A DNA stretch of 63,079 nucleotides, filler included, from Octopus bimaculoides (lineage: Eukaryota), in assembly GCF_001194135.2 (NCBI RefSeq). It is 4 parts of 3 records of this genome, joined end to end, with 100 filler letters (N's around TTAATTAATTAA, not from the genome) between each part and the next. Parts side by side here need not be neighbours in the genome. Positions count along the whole stretch, not along the records: positions 9,911 to 31,575 come from NC_068983.1; positions 31,676 to 57,650 come from NC_068997.1; 2 more parts are not named here. One strand, 5' to 3'. The position numbers and the translations under genes are program-made. How positions within the stretch are numbered: the first letter of the stretch is position 1; each line of letters opens with the position of its first letter. This document shows, one piece after another, positions 24,645 through 33,719 of the stretch. The notes under the pieces were generated by a model. That model did no database searches. It was not told where the DNA came from and was given only the letters and a program-made list of their open reading frames with translations.

Positions 24645-25877
24645 GTATGTATGAATTTTGTATTTATTTTGATGTTTATAACTCCAACGTTCTTTTTTGA
24701 AATCTACAGCGTCCCGGATTGGTTAACAACTGAACTTCATAGTATACCATCATTATTTTTGAATTAATTTATCATTTGCTTGATCTCAACACCTTTAAGA
24801 TGAACTGTTGTATATCATCTCATACCTTTTCATCCTGTTTTGCATATTTTCATGGGTCAACTATGAAAATTGTATTTGAATGTTTTGAATGTTTTCTATT
24901 TTTATTGTCTGCACATTACTAATAATAATAATANNNNNNNNNNNNNNNNNNNNNNNNNNNNNNNNNNNNNNNNNNNNNNNNNNNNNNNNNNNNNNNNNNN
25001 NNNNNNNNNNNNNNNNNNNNNNNNNNNNNNNNNNNNNNNNNNNNNNNNNNNNNNNNNNNNNNNNNNNNNNNNNNNNNNNNNNNNNNNNNNNNNNNNNNNN
25101 NNNNNNNNNNNNNNNNNNNNNNNNNNNNNNNNNNNNNNNNNNNNNNNNNNNNNNNNNNNNNNNNNNNNNNNNNNNNNNNNNNNNNNNNNNNNNNNNNNNN
25201 NNNNNNNNNNNNNNNNNNNNNNNNNNNNNNNNNNNNNNNNNNNNNNNNNNNNNNNNNNNNNNNNNNNNNNNNNNNNNNNNNNNNNNNNNNNNNNNNNNNN
25301 NNNNNNNNNNNNNNNNNNNNNNNNNNNNNNNNNNNNNNNNNNNNNNNNNNNNNNNNNNNNNNNNNNNNNNNNNNNNNNNNNNNNNNNNNNNNNNNNNNNN
25401 NNNNNNNNNNNNNNNNNNNNNNNNNNNNNNNNNNNNNNNNNNNNNNNNNNNNNNNNNNNNNNNNNNNNNNNNNNNNNNNNNNNNNNNNNNNNNNNNNNNN
25501 NNNNNNNNNNNNNNNNNNNNNNNNNNNNNNNNNNNNNNNNNNNNNNNNNNNNNNNNNNNNNNNNNNNNNNNNNNNNNNNNNNNNNNNNNNNNNNNNNNNN
25601 NNNNNNNNNNNNNNNNNNNNNNNNNNNNNNNNNNNNNNNNNNNNNNNNNNNNNNNNNNNNNNNNNNNNNNNNNNNNNNNNNNNNNNNNNNNNNNNNNNNN
25701 NNNNNNNNNNNNNNNNNNNNNNNNNNNNNNNNNNNNNNNNNNNNNNNNNNNNNNNNNNNNNNNNNNNNNNNNNNNNNNNNNNNNNNNNNNNNNNNNNNNN
25801 NNNNNNNNNNNNNNNNNNNNNNNNNNNNNNNNNNNNNNNNNNNNNNNNNNNNNNNNNNNNNNNNNNNNNNNNNNNNN

Positions 25878-26053
25878 TATATAGGGAGAGAATTCACAAC
25901 AAAAAACAGAAGACGAAGACAGGTGGTGTAGACAACCAGCAGATGTATTAGTATAACGCTCGGGAAGTGAAAAAATCTTTAACGTTTCGAACCTACGCTC
26001 TTCCACAGAAAGGAACACAGAAAGAAACAAGGAGAAAAAACGAATGGAAAAAA

Positions 26054-26055
<2 letters not shown>
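25878..26055 (-). mobile_element. Penelope-like terminal repeat with hammerhead-like motif (25977-26012)
   Basis: CTTT-CTGTGGA-A-GAGC gtag GTTC-GAAA-CGT-T-AAAG: complete type-I topology with A6 replaced by U. Confidence 0.65.
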
Positions 26056-26089
<34 letters not shown>

Positions 26090-26898
26090 CTATATACATT
26101 ACCTGTATATGCATAATACAGTATATATATGCATATACAGTATCTGTATTTTGAATGACCAGCCTTGTCACACACTGTCATGTAACTCCCTACGTTAGGT
26201 ATACACGTGTCCGTGGCGTGTTCAACCACTTGCACGTTAATTTCATGTTAGTTTCAGGCTGTTTCGTTGATTGGAGCAACTAGAACCCTCGTCGTCGTAA
26301 CCGACGGAGTACCAGTGCCTATGCATATGTAGGAATAAATGTAGTTAGCAGTACACAGGGTAGTATATTAATAAAATCAAAAATTAAACTTTTTCAGAGG
26401 TAATAGAGGCATCCTCTCTTTTTTTTTATTTATATACAAATAAAAAAGTCTTCGAATTTCATGAAAATGAAACGAAATGTTACACACACACACACGCACA
26501 CACACATAAACAAACATACACAAATACACACATGTATATATAGTTAAAAGCAGTTTGATTTAATTCTACATGACTTAAAATTCTGTCGTCATTAGGCGAC
26601 GTCGATAAGATGGACCCGTCCTATGCCCCCACGAAACTTTAATTTATGTGGGTTTTAGTCAAATACTTATAACTCCAGCTAATCCACCGCTTGACAACCG
26701 GTATTGTTTTAGAGATTTTTACGAAACCCGTAACTTAGCAGTTCGGCAAAAAGTACCGATGGAAAAAGTACCAGACTTTAAAAAAATCTAGAGTCGAGTT
26801 GTTCGACTGAAAGTCTACAAGACGATGCCCTAGCATGGCCGCAGTCCATTGACTGAAACAAGTAAAAAAAAACAAAAGATAAACGGTAGGCGTGGGGA

Positions 26899-27056
26899 TG
26901 GGGGTGGCTGTGTGGTAAGTAACTTGCTTACCAACCACATGGTTCCAGGTTCAGTCCCACTGCGTGGCACCTTGGGCAAGTGTCTTCTACTATAGCCTCT
27001 GGCCGACCAAAGCCTTGTGAGTGGATTTGGTAGACGGAAACTGAAAGAAACCCGTC

Positions 27057-27098
<42 letters not shown>

Positions 27099-27463
27099 NN
27101 NNNNNNNNNNNNNNNNNNNNNNNNNNNNNNNNNNNNNNNNNNNNNNNNNNNNNNNNNNNNNNNNNNNNNNNNNNNNNNNNNNNNNNNNNNNNNNNNNNNN
27201 NNNNNNNNNNNNNNNNNNNNNNNNNNNNNNNNNNNNNNNNNNNNNNNNNNNNNNNNNNNNNNNNNNNNNNNNNTTTGTCCCTCCAACATCACTTGACAAT
27301 CGATGGTGTTGTGTTTACGTCCCCGTAACTTAGCAGTTCAGCAAAAGAGACCGATGGAATAAGTACTAGGCTTACAAAGAATAAGTCCTGGGGTCGATTT
27401 GCTCGACTAAAGGCGGTGCTTCAGTCAAATGTCTGAAACAAGTAAAAGAACAAGAGTAAAAGA
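26899..27463 (+). mobile_element. SINE family A, full length with an N gap in the internal (GT)n
   Basis: Near-consensus head, body and tail. Confidence 0.9.
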
Positions 27464-29105
27464 GGTATCAGAAGGGCTGGGTTTGCATCTCTGGATCTGG
27501 TTCCCAGTTGAAACTATTTGAAAATAGAAATAGTTTTATTGATGCAATTGCGGAGAAAGCATGTTTGCCGTACACATCACATTCTTTTGTCTCTGCTCTG
27601 AAGTAAAGTACATATTGACAAAGTGTCACAATCCAGTTTTGTATGCCTCGTTATATAACTGCATTTATTCACATCTGCAGCTTTACAAAAACGAAATAAC
27701 TCTTTAAAACATTCCAATGATTATTAATGAACAGAAATTAGAAGTAATTACTAACTATTTGTTTGATGGCGTTAATTTCCTCATTAACTATATGAAATTA
27801 GACAGTGGTTAACTTCTTGATGTACAGTCAACGCCCTCGTCTGATAATTGTATTATAAATACAGTTAGATTTGAATGCTAATGATGGACTAAGGCAGCAT
27901 GTTCTAATATTACAATTATTTGCTTATTCGTTTAATTAATTTCATCACAAACCATTTTGGCAATTTTGTTTGTTTGTTAGAGATGGCGTGAAAAATACGA
28001 CAGTACAAAAGTACTATATTTCAAGATGGCTCTTTTCAAAATCTTTTTACACACTGATGGCACAAATCAATACTAACCAGTTCCTTATCCCGCCTAAGGA
28101 GACTTTCGTCGATTGAGCTCTCTGGTCCTGTAAGGCAATTCACCTAACAGAAGGCCACCTCGGTATAAAACCTACAGTTTGCTGTGACCAAAGCCTCCTC
28201 GACTCACTGAACCACTGTAGTCAGTCCTCCAAGAGTGGAATTGGACAGCGCTGACTGGTTCTCACTTTGAAACTACTAAGCGCGGGAAGGAGGAAATGCC
28301 CTACAACGTCAGTGATCCGTTTAATAATAACGCAGCAGGTTCCACAATGGGCTACGGGGAAAAGGTGACATTCTTCTCACCGAAGAGTCACCAGGTTCCA
28401 TATTATTTCCCATCTGTTTCACACCAAAGAATTCCCCACGTAACTGAGTTGCTGTCATAATTGATGTTGTCGTTGTTGTTGGTGGTGGTGGTATTGGTAG
28501 GGGTGATGGTGGAGGTGCAGGTGCAGGTATTGGAGTGGTAGTATTGGTTGGTGGAGCGTTGATGAAGGGCGTTGGAGTTGATGGACTGCTTGCCGGAGTG
28601 ATTTTCGGGCTGGCGGATAGCGTTTAGACTTAGTTTCAAAGACGTTCCAGATGTGACAATTCCATTCTTTTATCGCAGACTACATTTGTCAATATGGCCT
28701 CCCATTTTAAGTGAGTAGGATGTTTATTGAAGGAACATCTGGCTTTCATTTCCTAGCAGGTCGAACGTACGACATTTTTCTTCATTAGAATGTCATAAAA
28801 AGAATATACATTTAGCACACAGCGACAATGAATGAATATCTAACTATGCATTGGTCTTGTGGTGAAGACAGTCACGTGATAAGTTCTAACAAAGCTGAAA
28901 TTTCGAAATCTCTATTGGTGTGGATGTATATAATATATAAATTTCTTGGATTTATATATATATATATATATCTATATCTTTTATTTTATGTGTGTGTGTA
29001 CACACACACACTTATTCTCTCACACACACCCAGAAACACACACACTCTCTCCCACTATCTCTCTCGCACCTATAAACACATACACTCAGACAAACCACAC
29101 ACGCA

Positions 29106-29151
<46 letters not shown>

Positions 29152-29261
29152 ACGAGGATCGACTGCAAAGTTCATAGCTGCCCAAGATACTCTCATGGAA
29201 CGTGACCGATTACGTTTAGTTTCTAACATAGTTTCCCTTGCGCACCACACACTTGTGGATA

Positions 29262-29795
29262 TATCAACAGCGGATATGACGCCATTATCAATGCGACACT
29301 GACTCCCAGCCAAGTGTCTTTTCATGTTGGGGGACATATGATAGTCACATGGGGCCAAATCAGAACAGGGATGTTGATCAACCAGTTCAAAGACACAGTC
29401 ATGCGCAGAAGACATTGCAGTCAAAGACTTGTATGCTGGCGCATAGATCTTATGAAACAAGATCCTTTTCTTCAGTTTTCCTTGGCGTTTGGTTTCGATA
29501 GTCTTTTGTAACTGTCTCAGCAAGTTGCCATAGCACTGTCCATTGATGGTGTAGCCCTTGTGAAGGTAGTCAATAAATACAATGTCTTTTGCATCCCAAA
29601 AGACTGAGACCATCACCTTCCTTGCAGCTGAAACAACCTTGGCCTTCTTTGGAGCAGGTGAGGAATGGTGTTTCCACTGCGTGTATTTCTCGTTGTCTCT
29701 GGTTCAAAGTGAAGCCAACACTCATCCTAGTTGAGGAAATGTTCAAGGAAACCAACTGGATCTACCTCAAACTATGTCAGATTTTCTCGTGATGT
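29262..29795 (-). pseudogene. mariner transposase fragment (catalytic domain)
   Basis: MMVSVFWDAKDIVFIDYLHKGYTINGQCYGNLLRQL...SDLAPCDYHM..NMKRHLAG. Confidence 0.88.
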
Positions 29796-29938
29796 GATCA
29801 GCCTGGTGTGTCGCCGGAAATTGAACTCACGGTCTTACGATTGAGAGCCGAATACCCTAGTCACTAAGCCACGCGAACCATTTCTAGCGTCCTACGGGTT
29901 TCTGTACATTAAAACAAATGAATTCTCATAAATAAATC

Positions 29939-30022
<84 letters not shown>

Positions 30023-30033
30023 ACACACATACA

Positions 30034-30308
30034 CAAGGTGCGATGGGTAAATTGTCGTCATTTTATATTTTTAATTTCGCGGATACACATCGTTTGTTTC
30101 TGATTCTATCGACTACACAGTATAGTAGAGTCAGTTAGGCACCGTCTGTGAGGAAAACAGCACCATGACGCAATTCACTCTGCCAGAAATTTGGAAACGA
30201 CATGTCGTACGGCTTCGCATTCGCGTCGGAAGCTCCAATACGAACATTTCAGAGCGTTTAGGTGTGAATCTGAGAATGGTGCAATCTGAGGACATGTACC
30301 GAGAGTGA
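30034..30308 (+). mobile_element. maT/DD37D element 5' fragment
   Basis: TIR CAAGGTGCGATGGGTAAATTGTCGTC and ORF start MTQFTLPEIWKRH; homologous to 37907-38140. Confidence 0.8.
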
Positions 30309-30316
30309 TAGATAGA

Positions 30317-30368
<52 letters not shown>

Positions 30369-30605
30369 TAGACAGACAGACGGATGGACAGACAGAACGA
30401 CAGACAGACGGACGGACAGACGGACAGACAGACAGACAGACAGACTGATTGATTCATTGATTGATTCCGTCTACACACAGTTTCCGTCTACTACAAGGCA
30501 TTAGTTGACTCAGAGTATTGTAGATGACACTTGCCCAAGGTATCGAGCAGTGGCATGAACCCGAACACGCTTGGCTAAAAAACGAACCTCTTAACCACAC
30601 AGCCA
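30305..30605 (-). repeat. (GATA)n(GACA)n(GATT)n microsatellite joined to a degenerate SINE A head
   Basis: Tetranucleotide arrays at 30305-30465 followed by the reverse of the SINE head (TTGCCCAAGG...GAACCCG...TTAACCACACAGCCAC). Confidence 0.8.
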
Positions 30606-31098
30606 CACAAACACACGCACGGGCATATACAAACACGTGCATGCACGCACGCACACACATACACACACATACACACACATACAAAAGGATGAATAAAGAC
30701 AAAAGATCCGGTGTTTCAAATGCACAGAGTGTGACGTGATGATTGTAAATAGAAACTAAATGAACCGTTACAGGAGTGTCAAATAGCGAGAAGTGAACCC
30801 ATGTAAACGTGACCCGCAGAACCTGACTGCACGTGTCTCAATCTAATGGGAACAAACAAAAGTCGAAGAGGGGGAATTTGCACGCCATTTTTGCTTTGTT
30901 TTAGAGTGGTGTTGTCTTATTCTTTTTTTTCTTTTCCTTTTGTTTTCTTTGACACACGCGAGTTGGTAGAGGTAACGGTAACATGGAGGCATAGTGAAAA
31001 AATGAGAGGTAATTACTTTAACGGAACATAATACACGCATACATACAGACAGACAGATAGATACACAGACAAACAGACAGTTAAATAGATAGATAGAT

Positions 31099-31135
<37 letters not shown>

Positions 31136-31143
31136 GAGGGAGA

Positions 31144-31190
<47 letters not shown>

Positions 31191-31201
31191 GGACACATAC
31201 A

Positions 31202-31233
<32 letters not shown>

Positions 31234-31272
31234 CATACATATATGCATGCATACATACATATGCATATATAT

Positions 31273-31432
31273 AGGCGCAGGCATGTGTGGTAAGTAGCTT
31301 GCAACCCGACCACATGCTTCCGGGTTCAGTCCTACTACGTGTCACCTTGGGCAAGTGTCATTTGCTATAACCTCGAGCCGACCAAAGCCTTGTGAGTGGA
31401 TTTGGTAGACGGAAACTGAAAGAAGCCCGTAG
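31273..31432 (+). mobile_element. SINE family A head/body
   Basis: GGCGCAGGCATGTGTGGTAAGTAGC...GGGTTCAGTCC...CCTTGGGCAAGT...GAAAGAAGCCCGT. Confidence 0.85.
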
Positions 31433-31675
31433 TATATACATGTGTGTGTGTGTGTGCGTGCGAAGGGTAAAACAGCACAAGTGAAACGAGCTGAATAATA
31501 GACGGGCGGATATTAGGACAATCTTAGAGGTTACAGTTTAGAGGTTACAAGAGGTTGACAGATATTCACAATGTGNNNNNNNNNNNNNNNNNNNNNNNNN
31601 NNNNNNNNNNNNNNNNNNNTTAATTAATTAANNNNNNNNNNNNNNNNNNNNNNNNNNNNNNNNNNNNNNNNNNNN

Positions 31676-31885
31676 CATAGAATTGGTCTTTCAGACCATC
31701 TGGTAGCCCAGGTTGAGGTGCATAGGCTGAGATGACAGTAGCTAATCTATGATGAAGCACTAGTCTGATCTTAAGTACTCTGTCACTTACTCTAACGACC
31801 TCGATTACCTTATCCACCCATTTCTCCGCTAGAAGTATTCCTACGCCCCCGACCCCGTCAGTGTTCCTTGCCCAGAAAATCTTAT
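31676..31885 (-). mobile_element. RTE LINE ORF2 APE-endonuclease fragment
   Basis: GVGGVGILL..KW.DKVIEVVRVSDRVLKIRLVL...VISAYAPQ..L.DGLKDQFY. Confidence 0.88.
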
Positions 31886-31895
31886 ATATATATAA

Positions 31896-32043
31896 TTAGC
31901 ATTAGGAAGGGCATCCACCTGTAGAAACAATGCCAGATCAGATTGGAGCCTGGTGCAGCCTCCTGGCTTGCCAGTCCTCAGTCAAATTGTCCTACCCATG
32001 CCAACATGGAGAGCAGATGTTAAACGATGATGATGATGATGAT
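31896..32043 (+). mobile_element. RTE LINE 3' terminus
   Basis: TTAGGAAGGGCATCC..TGTAGAAAC...CCCATGCCAACATGG...GTTAAACGATGATGATG. Confidence 0.8.
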
Positions 32044-32084
32044 GGCATGTATGTATATATATATATATATGTATATATATACTC

Positions 32085-32247
32085 TGAAGTATATTTGCCA
32101 TTTAAATGTGGCTGACCCCTAAGGGTGGATGTTGCTGTTGCTTTTAGCCCCAGGAGAACATCTCCTCCAGCTGGTTTATCGACACACTTAGCAACAGTAA
32201 CATCCACCCTTAGGGGTCAGCCACATTTAAATGGCAAATATACTTCA
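32085..32247. mobile_element. MITE with 58-bp TIRs (1 mismatch)
   Basis: 32085-32142 is the reverse complement of 32190-32247; partial copies at ~16648-16680 and ~35125-35225. Confidence 0.9.
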
Positions 32248-32967
32248 CTTTATCGTGCAGTTACTGTTAATACCTCGTTCAGAGATTTAACATATATATA
32301 TACTGTTACTATTATGTTAAACTGTCATATGTCCAAATTTAGCCAAATGCTTTTTTTTCAATATTTATTTTTGCTTGCAATAACCAGTTGTTTTGGTCTA
32401 ACTGTCATATCTTCAACTGCTTCAGCTGCCAAGATATCATAAATTGTCAAGTGTAGTACAACGGTTTTGCTATGAAATGGTGAAACTATTTTTTCATTTT
32501 CTGAAAAAGCAACAGCAACGATATATATCATCAGTAAATCATAAATCTGAAAGAGAAGCACACTCTAAGCTATAGAGTAATAAGATAAAGATAGTTATGG
32601 CCAGTCTATGGAGTTACCTAGGGTTTCACATCCATAAAGTGCTTAGTTTTACAGCATCCCTTCAGACCCAAATGGCCAGTGTCAAAGACCTCTCTTCAAA
32701 GTGGGGGAAGAAAAGACCTTGTGGCTTGTTGTTGAACACACAGACAAAGGAGAAGGGTTAAGTGCAAGGGATAAGTCTCCCTTATCCATAATCGACCCAG
32801 TCAGCTTGTGGATACCAGGACTTCAGTAGGAATCTCCTGAAGCATAAGCAGGGTCCAAAGACTTCCATGCTGAAATTTGGCTCGCAATTGTAAGGTCATG
32901 AGTTCAATTCCCAGCAATGTGTTGTGTCCTTAAGCAAGACACTTTATTTCATGTTACCCCAGTCCAC

Positions 32968-33237
32968 TCAGAGACCAACAAAAGTCCGTGTAACACCAAA
33001 GATGAACTGAAGGCAAAGATTATGGTAGTATTCACCAACTTAAACAAGGAGACCATTCAGAAGAGTTGCAGAAGATTCTGAAGTCGTCTGGAGGCCATGG
33101 TTGAAGCCAATGGCGATTTTACTGAATAAATTTACTCTTTAGTATTTCAAGATATTTTTATGTAATTTTGGTAAATATATCTGTTAAAATGAGATGTCAG
33201 TGTTATTTCCATTTTTGCGTAATTTAGACAACAATTC
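32968..33237 (+). mobile_element. maT/DD37D element 3' fragment
   Basis: Near-identical to 38480-38740 (GAGACCAACAAAA...TAATTTAGAC.ACAATT). Confidence 0.8.
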
Positions 33238-33429
33238 TGGCAATGATCACGCTCAAACAGTGCTGTTAGTGCTCCACTGGCACAGGTGCCAGTCATCGAA
33301 TATGGTTCAATTACGATTTCGATTTCACTTGTCCCAACAGGTCTTTGCAAGCAGAGTTTTATGTATATATATATTATATATACATCTANNNNNNNNNNAT
33401 ATATATATGTATATATATATATTAGTTAA

Positions 33430-33700
33430 TACACTTCTATATTTAAGAGATGAGGAATTATGTACATTATTTACATTTGATGGATATTTATCCTCATCTT
33501 TGTTGTTAACACGTTTCGGCTGATATACCCTCCAGTATTCCTCAGATATCTTAGGGAAATTTCGAATTTGGGTTCTCATTCCTAAGGTATTTTTCGATGT
33601 TATTATTACTATTATTATTATTATTCAGGTCACTGCTTGGAATCGAACTCGGAATCTTGGGGTTAGTAGCCCGCAGTCTTAACCACTATGCCATATGCCC
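33430..33700 (-). mobile_element. tRNA-headed SINE with (AAT)n linker and hammerhead-containing tail
   Basis: A-box TGGCATAGTGG, B-box GAGTTCGATTCC, (AAT)n, then CTGAGGA-A-TACTG gagggtatat CAGCC-GAAA-CGT at 33545-33511. Confidence 0.7.
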
Positions 33701-33719
33701 ATGGGCATATGGCATAGTG

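Noticed and set aside
23116-27333. Long ORFs spanning 23.1-24.0, 24.9-26.2 and 26.9-27.3 kb
   Set aside because: Composed mainly of N-gap X residues, microsatellite and SINE sequence.
33628-33700. Functional tRNA gene
   Set aside because: Acceptor and anticodon stems do not pair properly and the sequence continues into a SINE body. The same applies to the other tRNA-like heads in the window.
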